The notes under the pieces were generated by a model, which did not search any database, had not been told where the DNA came from, and was given only the letters and a program-made list of their open reading frames with translations. This document shows positions 1 through 8,594 of a stretch of 64,000 nucleotides of DNA, one piece after another. Numbering within the stretch: the first letter of the stretch is position 1; every line of letters starts with the position of its first letter. Made by a program: the position numbers and the translations under genes. Source of the DNA: Kofleriaceae bacterium (lineage in GTDB: Bacteria; Myxococcota_A; Polyangia; Haliangiales; Haliangiaceae); NCBI GenBank assembly GCA_051952595.1, contig JBQCJR010000598.1, positions 13,384 through 77,383 on the forward strand, read 5' to 3'.

Positions 1-700
1 CGTTGGGGAGGGTTGGGATGGAACTGGGCGCCGCCCCCCACTGGCGGATCATGGCCATCGCGCGCGCATCGGGGGCCAGCATCGGCAGCCGGCGACGTGC
101 GACGACGAGCACCTGCTTGAAGGGCTCGAAGTACGGATCCGGAAAGCGGAAGCAGTGGAGGTCCTCGAAGTGCGTGGCCAGCGTCGCCGCACTGTGCTCG
201 AGCGCGTAGTACGGCACCAGGAACAGGAGGGCCCCGCCCACGGCGGTCGCAGGACCGAAGCGGCGCAGCCAGCGTTCCTCCAACCGCCCCATCTCGTGGT
301 CCGTGTCGTAGGGCGGGTTCAGCCACTGCACCGTGGCGCCGGCGCGAGCGCCATACTCCCCGCCCTCCCACTGGATCATGAAGGCGTCGCCCTTGAGGAG
401 CCGGCGCTTGCTGGTGTCCATGCTCGCCCAGAGCGCGCGCTCCAGCTTCTGTGCGCGCGTCTCCTCGAGTTCGGCGACGTACAGCCGGAAGTCGCCGGTG
501 ATGTGCTCGTTGGGAACGCGGCGGCCCATCCAGCGACGCACCATCTCCAGGATGGCCTCGCCCTCTCCGGCACAGGCGTCGAGGAAGGCGTGCTCGCCAT
601 CGCCCGTCCTGTCCACTTCCACGAGCGCCGCGATCGACGGCAGAAGCTCCGGCCACGTCGCGTAGAAACCGCCTACCTGAACCGATCCAAGCCTTGCCAC
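1..700 (-). CDS. N6-adenine DNA methyltransferase-like protein (NPPY type); N-terminal part only, ORF runs off left edge
   Basis: Not in the ORF track (no stop in window). Hand translation from GTG 700..698 (GGAGG 5 nt upstream) stays open to position 2. Contains FLDACAGEGEAILEM (SAM motif I-like) and VQWLNPPYDTD (motif IV). Confidence 0.75.
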   Translation of the reverse strand, partial: MARLGSVQVGGFYATWPELLPSIAALVEVDRTGDGEHAFLDACAGEGEAILEMVRRWMGRRVPNEHITGDFRLYVAELEETRAQKLERALWASMDTSKRRLLKGDAFMIQWEGGEYGARAGATVQWLNPPYDTDHEMGRLEERWLRRFGPATAVGGALLFLVPYYALEHSAATLATHFEDLHCFRFPDPYFEPFKQVLVVARRRLPMLAPDARAMAMIRQWGAAPSSIPTLPN

Positions 701-702
701 CG

Positions 703-1509
703 CTACCTCCGTGCCTTGTTGAAGATCTTCGTCTGCTCGGCCACCACCAGCGCGATCTCGTCGTGCTTCGCCATGAACGCTACGCCCGGCGCGAGCTTCA
801 CCCGGTCGGTCCCCCACTCGTAGAAGCCAAGCCGCGGGTGCTCCCCGAACGCGCAGCCCCGGTTCAGGTGCTGGTGCGCGCTGACGCTTGCGCAGCCGTG
901 GTGGAGCATCGCGACGAAGAGCCGCGCCTGGAACCGCATGTCGGGCAGGATCGGCAGATCGATGCGCCGAACCAGCGCGCCGCAGAACAGCGCCGCCAGC
1001 GCTGGAAAGACGACGCGCAGCGTCTCGCCCACGCGCACGTCCCACCCCATCTGTTCCCCGAACGCCTCGGCGTGTCGCAGCATCATCGCGCCCGGCAGCC
1101 GCGCGCTCTCCTGCTCGAGACGCGCCCGTGGCGGGAGGACCACGAACGAAGCGCCCCGCGGCTCGACAAGGCCCGGGTCGAAGACCAGCAGCTTTGGGAG
1201 GTGCGCGGTGATCACCGTGCCTGCCGCGAAGCGTTGGCTCCGGAAGATGTACCCGCCGGACTTGAGGATCTCGACGGGATCGCCCTTCGCGAGGCAGCCG
1301 TTCCCCAACATCTTCGCCTTGCAGCCGCTCTGCAGGTTCGCGAGGAACGGCTTCGCCTCCTGATCGCTGCAGGCCACCTGCAGGAAGACCGGGCGCAAGA
1401 CGTCGCCGCGCCCGCCTTCCCACAGAGCATCCGCGCGTGCGAACGCGAGCACGTGCGCGTTGAAGGCGCGCCCCTTCCCGCTCTCGCTCGCGATGGTGAG
1501 CGTCCTCAT
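703..1509 (-). CDS. hypothetical protein (268 aa)
   Basis: Track ORF with ATG 1509 and balanced composition. Its stop TAG 705..703 lies 2 nt before the GTG of the downstream methylase ORF. No motif recognised. Confidence 0.65.
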   Translation of the reverse strand: MRTLTIASESGKGRAFNAHVLAFARADALWEGGRGDVLRPVFLQVACSDQEAKPFLANLQSGCKAKMLGNGCLAKGDPVEILKSGGYIFRSQRFAAGTVITAHLPKLLVFDPGLVEPRGASFVVLPPRARLEQESARLPGAMMLRHAEAFGEQMGWDVRVGETLRVVFPALAALFCGALVRRIDLPILPDMRFQARLFVAMLHHGCASVSAHQHLNRGCAFGEHPRLGFYEWGTDRVKLAPGVAFMAKHDEIALVVAEQTKIFNKARR

Positions 1510-1583
1510 CTTCTCCGTCCTTTGCTGCGCGGCTTCAGCAGCCGCAACGACATGGTGCGCACGGCCCTCACAGTGTCAACCGC

Positions 1584-2384
1584 CTACCGCGCCATGAACC
1601 GCTGGAACACTTCGCGCGCGGTCTGCGGGTTCCGCTCGGTGGTCGCCACATCGAAGCGGCCCTCGACGAAGAAGCGGCCGACGCGGACCTGGTTCGCCGT
1701 CAGGCCCGGCCGAAGGATGAACAGCCGGGTGTCCGTGGTGCCGGGCTTCTTCTCGGTGACGAGGACGGCGACCTCCTGCCATCGCGGGATGACGCCCTCG
1801 GTCCACGTGTCGTGGCGGTTGGCGCCGGCGAGTTCGCCAGGGTAGCGCACCCGGAAGCTCAGCCCGGGCCTGGAGCCGTGCCTCACCCGGAGCCCGTCGA
1901 CGCAAGGCGCGGCCTCGGCGGTGTCGGCGAGCGCGGCGCGCGCTGCCCGAGCGCCCCTGTACGCTTCGACGGAGTTCGGGTCGCACAGCAGTTCGCCGGT
2001 GCCCCAGTCGGCCACGATGCGGCCCTCGTGCACGAGCGCGGCCACCTGGGGCGCCGTCATGCCAAGACGAGCGGCGGCGAGCTCCACCGGCATGGTGCAG
2101 CGTCGCGGTGACGGGCCCGGCCCGCCGGCGGTCGCTTGCGCACGGGCGAGAAGATCCAGCAGTGCACGGAAGAGGGGGTGGTCGTAGACGGCTTCCGTGA
2201 CGCGCGGAGCTTCGTCTTCCCTTCCGGCCTCGGCGAGCAGGGGGTTCGTCCGGCCGTAGATCGCACGCGCAAGCTCCGTAGGGTCAGACAGGGCTCGCGC
2301 GCGCTCGAGGAAGTCCGCCTGGTCGTCGTCCAGCCGGAGATGCTCCTGACGCCCGTCGCGCATCGTGTAGGTGAGGTAGCGCAT
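1584..2384 (-). CDS. hypothetical protein with excisionase/MerR-type HTH segment
   Basis: Track ORF 1584..2657 trimmed to ATG 2384 (GGAGG 9 nt upstream). HTH-like segment: MPVELAAARLGMTAPQVAALVHEGRI. Confidence 0.65.
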   Translation of the reverse strand: MRYLTYTMRDGRQEHLRLDDDQADFLERARALSDPTELARAIYGRTNPLLAEAGREDEAPRVTEAVYDHPLFRALLDLLARAQATAGGPGPSPRRCTMPVELAAARLGMTAPQVAALVHEGRIVADWGTGELLCDPNSVEAYRGARAARAALADTAEAAPCVDGLRVRHGSRPGLSFRVRYPGELAGANRHDTWTEGVIPRWQEVAVLVTEKKPGTTDTRLFILRPGLTANQVRVGRFFVEGRFDVATTERNPQTAREVFQRFMAR

Positions 2385-2520
2385 GCTGATGGTCCTCCAT
2401 GGTAGCGAGTTCGCCGTCTCGCGGTGCAGCACCACGCGGCGCGCTCCATCCGTGCCTGGCGCGGCGCGTGCCCCGCACGCGACGTAACAGGCAGCCGCCG
2501 CCCGATGGCGGCCGCGGTGG

Positions 2521-2632
2521 CCCCTGCGGGAGTCGAACCCGCCCCGGTCATGATGCGCAGGATCTTCGTGCCGGCGCACCCGAACGTGATCACCACCGAT
2601 CGCTCGAGGCCATGTCCCCCCTCCCGCAGGGG
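2521..2632. repeat. Perfect 12-bp inverted repeat (CCCCTGCGGGAG / CTCCCGCAGGGG) enclosing 88 bp; one arm is part of a tRNA 3'-end-like segment
   Basis: Arms 2521..2532 and 2621..2632 are exact reverse complements. On the minus strand, 2542..2518 reads GCGGG-TTCGACT-CCCGC-AGGGGCC-A, i.e. T-arm plus acceptor 3' strand. Confidence 0.6.
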
Positions 2633-2660
2633 GCCGGGCGTCCGGCCCCCCTCCCACACG

Positions 2661-3062
2661 TCAGGCCGCGCCCACGCCCGCGGGCACCTCACCCGTGCGC
2701 AGCGTGTCCGGGCACTCCTCGATGGAGATGTCGTACACGCGCGTGCGGGGCTTCATCACCTCCGCGTGCGCACCCACCCGCACGAAGATCGTCTCCTGCA
2801 CGAACAGCGTGCAGGCGAAGTCCACGACGTCGCGAATGAGCGCCGCGTCGGCGACGCTCTCCAGCGCGATGGTGTAGAGGTCCGACACGTCATGGAAGAC
2901 CGTGCCGCTAGCGTTCCGCCACGCACCATGCACGGCGCCGGCCTCGCGGGAGAATCCGCCGAACGTGTCGAGCAGGAGCCGCTCGAACGCGGTGCTGTAC
3001 TCCGCCGAGAAGCGCACGCCGTTGTTGTCGTGCGTGGGCGCAAAGAACTGGATCATGAGCAT
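2661..3062 (-). CDS. hypothetical protein (133 aa)
   Basis: Track ORF 2661..3179 trimmed to ATG 3062 (GGAGG 5 nt upstream). Protein-like composition: MLMIQFFAPTHDNNGVRFSAEY... Confidence 0.65.
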   Translation of the reverse strand: MLMIQFFAPTHDNNGVRFSAEYSTAFERLLLDTFGGFSREAGAVHGAWRNASGTVFHDVSDLYTIALESVADAALIRDVVDFACTLFVQETIFVRVGAHAEVMKPRTRVYDISIEECPDTLRTGEVPAGVGAA

Positions 3063-3195
3063 GGGAACCTCCGGTTCGTCCCGGTCCACCCCGGGCGGGC
3101 ACCTCGTTGGCCACGAGGTAAGAACAGCATAACACCCGCCGCGTCCACCGCCACTGCGTACGACGATGCGTATGGACACTATCTGTCCTAGCGCA

Positions 3196-3249
3196 GGCGC
3201 GGCCTCGCGCCATCGCTTGGTCGTCCCGGTCCATGCGCGAGGCCGCGCC
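3196..3249 (-). terminator. Long perfect hairpin (15-bp stem, 24-nt loop) abutting the stop of 3249..4304
   Basis: GGCGCGGCCTCGCGC (3196..3210) is the exact reverse complement of GCGCGAGGCCGCGCC (3235..3249). No U-tract follows, so terminator function is uncertain. Confidence 0.4.
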
Positions 3250-4304
3250 TAGGACCCCTTCAACAGCTGGTCAAAGAGCCCGGGCTGCAGCGGTCTCTCT
3301 CGGGCCGGTCCAAGCAGCCCCGCTTCCTTGGCGCGGCGAAGGACGGTCCCCACGCCGAGGGCCATGACGACCGCGTTCTCGCGTGCGTCCGCCGCATCGT
3401 GTTCGCGCGCTCCGAACTGCGCTTGCAGCAGGGTCAACGCGCGCGGTTGACCGGCCGGGCCGTTGGTGCGGCCCACCATCGCCGGGATGGGGTTCGAGTC
3501 GCAGGAGATGGCCGCGCCGGGCGCGAGGCGGCGCACCACGTTCACCAACTCGTTGAACCTTGCCCCGCGAGGCCCGAGCCCGAGGAAGTGCACCGCCGGC
3601 GGGCGGATGGCTATCAGGTAGCGCTCGAGGTCATCCACCGGCATGGCGTCCTTGTTCGACGGGATCCCTCGGATGAAGTCGGCGAAGCCCAGCGCCCTGG
3701 CGGCTGCCCGATCGAACGCGGCCTGCGGCATCGCGCCGCGCTGGATCGGAACCACGATGCGAGCGCCGCGGCGACGGACCTCCATCATCACGTGCCGCCA
3801 GCGTCGCATTCTGCGCAGCGTCTCCGCCTGGTCGCCCACGCAGTCGGGCGCGACGGCGTAGATCTGGCGCGCAAGCTGGTCGCCCCAGTGAACCCGGCGA
3901 CGACGGCGGGAGGGGCCTCGGCGCAGGGTGCGGGCCCGCCGGTGACGCGCGAGTTCGAGGAGAAGCGCCATCCGCTCGCCCCAGCTTCGCTCATCGATCG
4001 GTCTGGCCACGACGATCCCGGCCTCGGTCTCCTCCACCTCGCCGAAGGCGCCCGTGTCGACGAAGATGGGCAGCGGAACCGCCCTCGGTTCGGCGCCGGG
4101 TCGCTCGATCAGCGGCATCGTCCACCCGGCCAGATCCTTCAGTGCACGAACGGACTGCGCGCCGAGTTCGGGCAGGCACACCCCTAGCGGATGGGCGACG
4201 CGGGCCAGCCCGCGGAGATCGCCGAGCGCGCTGGCGCCGCTGGCAAAGTAGATGATCCCCCAGAGCGGCTCTTGGCTTGCGGCGGGCCAGCGCAGGACCG
4301 TCAT
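3249..4304 (-). CDS. TGT-superfamily / DpdA-like putative DNA (7-deazaguanine) transglycosylase
   Basis: Track ORF trimmed to ATG 4304 (ATGA overlap with the upstream stop). Three motifs in TGT order: PIFVDTGAFGEV (cf. DSGGFQ), VHFLGLGPRG (cf. GxGxP), AISCDSNP (cf. FDCVxP). No Zn-site Cys cluster seen. Confidence 0.45.
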   Translation of the reverse strand: MTVLRWPAASQEPLWGIIYFASGASALGDLRGLARVAHPLGVCLPELGAQSVRALKDLAGWTMPLIERPGAEPRAVPLPIFVDTGAFGEVEETEAGIVVARPIDERSWGERMALLLELARHRRARTLRRGPSRRRRRVHWGDQLARQIYAVAPDCVGDQAETLRRMRRWRHVMMEVRRRGARIVVPIQRGAMPQAAFDRAAARALGFADFIRGIPSNKDAMPVDDLERYLIAIRPPAVHFLGLGPRGARFNELVNVVRRLAPGAAISCDSNPIPAMVGRTNGPAGQPRALTLLQAQFGAREHDAADARENAVVMALGVGTVLRRAKEAGLLGPARERPLQPGLFDQLLKGS

Positions 4305-4783
4305 GGCTTCCTGCTCAGGACGGCGCGCGCGAACCCTCGGAGCGCGTCGAGTTCCTCCCCCGGCTCTGGTGGCATCCACGGCGTACCTCGCGGACCGCGG
4401 ACGGCCACATCCACGCGCCCATTGAGCAGGCGGACCCACGCTTGGAGAGGGCGATGCCCGGCTCGGCCGCCTTCAGCTTCGCCGACCCACTCGCAGGCTT
4501 CCTTGGGGTGCAGTTCCTCGGGGGAGCGCTCGGCCTGCGCTTCGGGAACCGAACGGCGGCGAAGATCACGCACCTCGTCCAGCGCATCCTCCACCGTCGT
4601 GGCTTCGCGGCCGAGCGTGCGCGCAAGCGCGTCGAGCAACTCGCGACCGCCCACACCTTCCGAGGTGAGCGTGGCGCGGGCCGCGGCGCACTTGATGGTC
4701 AAGCGGACCACTTCGCCCCTGAGCCAGTCGTTCTCACGATGCACAGCGACTGCGCGCATCACACGCTGGACGAAGCCGCGCAC
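4301..4783 (-). CDS. hypothetical protein (160 aa)
   Basis: GTG 4783 lies 3 nt after the TAA of the upstream gene. Its stop TGA overlaps ATG 4304 of the next gene. Confidence 0.6.
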   Translation of the reverse strand: MRGFVQRVMRAVAVHRENDWLRGEVVRLTIKCAAARATLTSEGVGGRELLDALARTLGREATTVEDALDEVRDLRRRSVPEAQAERSPEELHPKEACEWVGEAEGGRAGHRPLQAWVRLLNGRVDVAVRGPRGTPWMPPEPGEELDALRGFARAVLSRKP

Positions 4784-4786
4784 GGC

Positions 4787-5065
4787 TTACGTCTTCTCCG
4801 TCAGCTGCACGCCCGCCTCGCTCAGCTTCTCGAGCTTCGCCACCTGCTTCTTGAGCGCGGCGATCTTGGCACGGATCATCTGGTCCGCCTTGGCGCGCGC
4901 CACCTCTTCGGTGGGCCACCAGTCGTGGCGGCCGAAGATCCGCGTCCCGCCGGGCCACAACACGTGCGCGTACCCTCTGTCGGTGAAGTTGATCACCTTG
5001 CAGGCGATGATGCCTTCCGTGAGCGCGTACTTCGTCACGTAGACCTTCGTGGGCTTCTGGCTCAT
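4787..5065 (-). CDS. hypothetical protein (92 aa)
   Basis: Track ORF 4787..5230 trimmed to ATG 5065 (GGAGAAGGA upstream). Sequence: MSQKPTKVYVTKYALTEGIIACKV... with a coiled-coil tail. Confidence 0.65.
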   Translation of the reverse strand: MSQKPTKVYVTKYALTEGIIACKVINFTDRGYAHVLWPGGTRIFGRHDWWPTEEVARAKADQMIRAKIAALKKQVAKLEKLSEAGVQLTEKT

Positions 5066-5124
5066 GATCCTTCTCCGCGCTTCTGCTTTGATGTTGCAGG
5101 GGCTGCTCGCCCCGCTTCCGGTCA

Positions 5125-5711
5125 TCACGGACTGGTTTCGATCTTCTGCAGCAGCACGGACGCGCGCGACACGCTGCGGAGTGCCTCGAGGAGCGGGTCC
5201 CAGGCCATCCGATCCGGCGCGCGTACGCATCCATCGACGGACGGGTAGCGGCCCCGTTCAGGCTGAGCGCATCCATCAGGTCGAGGCACAGGTGCCCACG
5301 GTAGCGGTCGGTCACGTCGCTGTGCCAGAGCCACCGCGCGCGAGGAACGCCGGCCTCCATGGCCGCCGCCTGCGCGACCGGCAGGTCGAAGCCCCGGATG
5401 TTCCAGCCTGCCAGCGTGTAGGTTGGCTGAGCGCCGCCCGCCGCCCACACGTCGAGGAAGCTGTCCAGGATCGCCCGCTCGTCCGTCTGCCCTTGCGCCA
5501 GGAGCTTGACGAGCGACATCCGGTCTTCCGGGGGCTCGCCCTCCTTGAGACGCGCGCTCTCATCGGGCGTGGACAGCGAGAGGCGGATGCACGCGCCGGC
5601 GACGACGCGATGATGCGGAGCCGCGGGGCAGCGTTCATCGTCGGCGCTGAGCAGCGACACGTTCGCCGGGTGGCGGACCGTCTCGAGGTCGAAGACGAAG
5701 TAGTGGCGCAT
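5125..5711 (-). pseudogene. PolB-exo2-type (DEDD) 3'-5' exonuclease with an apparent 1-nt frameshift
   Basis: From ATG 5711 the protein reads MRHYFVFDLETV...GWNIRGFDLPV...HLCLDLMD...RIGWPG, and then the frame degenerates into R/C-rich sequence that overlaps real genes. A plausible C-terminus (DPLLEALRSVSRASVLLQKIETSP*) continues in another frame to TGA 5127..5125. The switch lies at C-run 5199..5201. Confidence 0.6.
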
Positions 5712-5959
5712 CACCAGCCGCCCTTCTGCTCGCGCGCATGCCGCAGCGAAAAGTCCTTGGCCTGCTGTCGGCACGCCAGCGCAAAGAGCAGCGCGTGCAG
5801 CGCGTGGCCGGACGCGCGGTCCGCCTCGTGGATGCGGCCGGCGCCGCGCTCCTCCTCGGCGTAGTCGCGCAGCTCGCGCGCATACGTCAACTGCTGCCTG
5901 AACTGCGCGTGTGCCTCGACGGCGAGCTCCCCGTAGGTTGGTCCGCTCAGCAGGGACAT
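5711..5959 (-). CDS. hypothetical protein (82 aa)
   Basis: Track ORF with ATG 5959 and GGAGG 5 nt upstream. Its stop forms a TGATG overlap with exonuclease ATG 5711. Confidence 0.7.
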   Translation of the reverse strand: MSLLSGPTYGELAVEAHAQFRQQLTYARELRDYAEEERGAGRIHEADRASGHALHALLFALACRQQAKDFSLRHAREQKGGW

Positions 5960-6003
5960 CCGAACCTCCTCTGTTGCTGACGCTCAGCGCGCCAGTGACG
6001 AGC

Positions 6004-6032
6004 AGCCTACCTCCATCCGCACCGCGTCGCAA
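6004..6032 (-). promoter_or_regulatory. Putative sigma70-type promoter TTGCGA-N17-TAGGCT
   Basis: The -35 is at 6032..6027 and the -10 at 6009..6004 on the minus strand, with 17-nt spacing. The leader contains CGCTGAGCG (5989..5981) before the GGAGG of 5711..5959. Confidence 0.4.
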
Positions 6033-6061
6033 CGCCTGCGCGTGGCGCGCGGCCAGCCCTC

Positions 6062-7633
6062 TCATGCAGCGCCTTGGATGTTGGCGCGTACCAGCGCCTC
6101 GGCCACCGGAGGGCAGACACTGTTGCCGGCCTTCGCGGTCTGCTCCGTCTTGGAGAGCGGCCGGCCATTGAACTCCGGCTCGATCTCGTAGTCGGCCGGA
6201 AACCCCTGGGCGGCGAACAGCTCGCGGGGCGTGAGCATCCGCATCCCGATGTCCACGATCTGCCAGGGCTCGCCGTGGAGCATCACCAGGCCGAACCGAT
6301 CGTGCGCGGTGACCGTGCCGAGAGGCAGCCCGAGCTGCTGCCCCTGCGGTCGGCCCGCGGAGCCGTAGTACTTGATCAGGAACGCGCGGACCTCGGCGAG
6401 GTGTCCGCCCCCTCGCCCTCCTCCGCTCGTGACCGTGGGCAGGGGGAGTTGCACCGCCGAGCCCGTGGAGGTCCCGTAGAACTTGGAGACGAACGCCGCG
6501 CAGAGCCCGTTGTGGTCCTTTGCAGTCACCGTGCCCAGCGGATGGCGCGCGTCCGCCCCTGGTGTCTGATGCCCCTGCGGGCCGCCGTAATGCTTCGCGA
6601 TGAAGGGCACCACCAGGTGCTTGTCATTCGTCGCGCACACCGTCGCGATGGGCGCGCGGAGGCTCTGCCCTCGGAACGTCCCCGCGCCGCAGCCGTCGCG
6701 GAGGCCGGCGCCCGTGATCGTCGAGTAGTGCCCGTGTCGGACCACGAAGGGCTCGACCAGCGCCAGCTCGCCGCGGTGCGCGCCGGTGACGGTCCGCACG
6801 GGCTCCTGGATGTCGTGGACCCTGGCGTCGCCGTGGTGGGTGACAGGGATGATGAACGGGTCGCCGTTCTCGACCACGTACCTCCGGATCCCGGTCGCGA
6901 TCCGGCGCAGCGTCGCCTCGGCGAGGGGCTTGCGCCGGCCGAAGATCGAGGGGCACGGGATCGTCCAGTCGATCACCTCCGCAGCCGGGCGCCACGCATG
7001 CGGGCGGCCCTTCCCGTGGGTGGGCTCCGGCCACACGATCGGCGCCCGGTCGATGCGGGCGATCAGGTAGAGCCGCTTCCGGGTGGTGGGGGTGCCGTAG
7101 TCCGCGGCGACCAGCGATCGGTGCTCGACCGTGTAGCCGCAGTCGACGAGCGCGGCGCGCCACGCGCGAAAGCTCTCCCCCTCCTGCGCCTTGATCGGGA
7201 ACCCTCGCTCGTCGAGCGGGCCCCACTTCAGCCACTCCTCGACGTTCTCCAGCAGGATGACCTTGGGTTTGACGGTGCGCGCCCAGCGCAGGATCGCGTC
7301 CGCGAGCACGCGCTTGCCCTGCGCGCGCGGCTTAGAGCCCTTGGCCCGACTGTGATCAGTGCAATCGGGACTGGCCCACAGTACGGCCACCGAACGCGAC
7401 CCGCACGCTTCGCGAGGATCCACGGCCCAGATATCCTCGATGAAGTGCCGCGTCTCCGGATGGTTGGCCTTGTGCATCGCGATCGCCGCCGGGTCATGGT
7501 TGATCGCGATGTCCACCGGCCGCCGCAGCGCGGCTTCGAGCCCGGTACTCGCGCCTCCTCCACCGGCGAAGAGATCGACGACCAGCTCGCCCGGGAAGGC
7601 GAAGGACGCCGTGATGACGGGCCGACGACTCAT
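6062..7633 (-). CDS. DNA (cytosine-5) methyltransferase
   Basis: Track ORF trimmed to ATG 7633 (ATGA overlap with the upstream stop). Motifs: VVDLFAGGGGAS (I), ASPDCTDHS (IV, catalytic Cys), ILLENV (VI), TPRELFAAQGFP (IX), GNSVCPPV (X). Confidence 0.9.
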   Translation of the reverse strand: MSRRPVITASFAFPGELVVDLFAGGGGASTGLEAALRRPVDIAINHDPAAIAMHKANHPETRHFIEDIWAVDPREACGSRSVAVLWASPDCTDHSRAKGSKPRAQGKRVLADAILRWARTVKPKVILLENVEEWLKWGPLDERGFPIKAQEGESFRAWRAALVDCGYTVEHRSLVAADYGTPTTRKRLYLIARIDRAPIVWPEPTHGKGRPHAWRPAAEVIDWTIPCPSIFGRRKPLAEATLRRIATGIRRYVVENGDPFIIPVTHHGDARVHDIQEPVRTVTGAHRGELALVEPFVVRHGHYSTITGAGLRDGCGAGTFRGQSLRAPIATVCATNDKHLVVPFIAKHYGGPQGHQTPGADARHPLGTVTAKDHNGLCAAFVSKFYGTSTGSAVQLPLPTVTSGGGRGGGHLAEVRAFLIKYYGSAGRPQGQQLGLPLGTVTAHDRFGLVMLHGEPWQIVDIGMRMLTPRELFAAQGFPADYEIEPEFNGRPLSKTEQTAKAGNSVCPPVAEALVRANIQGAA

Positions 7634-8253
7634 CGCGGCGCTCCATGCTGTTCGCGCTGCAACAACGCGCGTCCCTTGTCCGTGAGGCGCCCGTTCTCGA
7701 TGAGCCCATGCCGCTGCAGAACTGTGCCGACCTCGAGCATCGCGATGTAGTGGCCCTCGGTGACATCGCCGGACCACATGTCCCATGCACGCACCACCAA
7801 CGCCAGACACGAACGCGCGTCCATCCGCGCGGGGTAGATGCAGCCGGTGAGGAGCACCCGGATCGCGTATAGGTTGGCGGTCCGCGTCTTCGCGTCGTGC
7901 AACGGGTCGTTCTCATTAAAATCGAGCGTGTCATCGAGCAACACGTCGATGAGGGACGCGGCCTCCGTTGGCGTCGGCAGCGCGCGGTGCTGGATGGCCT
8001 CTCTCACGAGCTCGGTGCCGAGGCGCCGTCGGTAGGCTCCATCCCCGCGGGCCTCGCAGCCCTTCCAGATGCTGCTGAGCGCCGCCATGACCGCCTCGGT
8101 CGCCGGCGCGGGCGGCGCAAGGACCTCCTCGAGGACGTCTGCTGCGGCCTCAAGTGCCAGGCTGCGCATGGCGCGCAGTTCGCCGATGATGACGTTGTGC
8201 ATGGCGCGCGACATGCTGCGCCATCTGTCCGCCGTGCTCTTGGTGAGTCCCAT
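7630..8253 (-). CDS. hypothetical protein (207 aa)
   Basis: Track ORF 7630..8310 trimmed to ATG 8253 (GAGG upstream). Its stop overlaps the methylase start (ATGA). Confidence 0.6.
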   Translation of the reverse strand: MGLTKSTADRWRSMSRAMHNVIIGELRAMRSLALEAAADVLEEVLAPPAPATEAVMAALSSIWKGCEARGDGAYRRRLGTELVREAIQHRALPTPTEAASLIDVLLDDTLDFNENDPLHDAKTRTANLYAIRVLLTGCIYPARMDARSCLALVVRAWDMWSGDVTEGHYIAMLEVGTVLQRHGLIENGRLTDKGRALLQREQHGAPR

Positions 8254-8282
8254 ATGCCTCGTGTTGGTCCGAAGGTGAACGC

Positions 8283-8594
8283 TCAGTGCCCGGTTTCTGC
8301 GGCGGCGCACGCCGCGGCGACATCATCCTTGGTCAAGCCCAAGGCCGCCGCGGCGCTGGCGATCTCGAGCGCGAGCAGCACCACGCACCCACCACGGCGC
8401 GCAGCGATCTGACGCCCAAGGTCCTCCACGTAGCGCCGGCGTTCATCAGTAGCGGCGTCGGGCTCTCCGGGCATCGCGTGGACGAGCGGCGCGGCGCCGA
8501 GCCAGTGAGCGTCAAGGGCAGCGCCCGCCGGGCACTCTGCCGCCGCCGCGCCCTCGGCGCGCGCTGCCTCGGGTGGCAGGATGCCGCGCGTCAT
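8283..8594 (-). CDS. hypothetical protein (103 aa)
   Basis: Track ORF trimmed to ATG 8594, which forms an ATGA overlap with the stop of 8591..9076. Confidence 0.55.
   Translation of the reverse strand: MTRGILPPEAARAEGAAAAECPAGAALDAHWLGAAPLVHAMPGEPDAATDERRRYVEDLGRQIAARRGGCVVLLALEIASAAAALGLTKDDVAAACAAAETGH

Noticed and set aside
2518-2635. Full-length tRNA or tmRNA gene on the minus strand
   Set aside because: Only a T-arm and acceptor 3' strand are present. The putative 5' acceptor is about 117 nt away, and no D-arm or anticodon arm can be folded. It is far too short for a tmRNA. It is reported only as a tRNA-like fragment.
5190-5215. Programmed ribosomal frameshift in the exonuclease gene
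   Set aside because: There is no X XXY YYZ slippery heptamer and no obvious downstream pseudoknot. A simple 1-nt indel in a short homopolymer explains the pattern.
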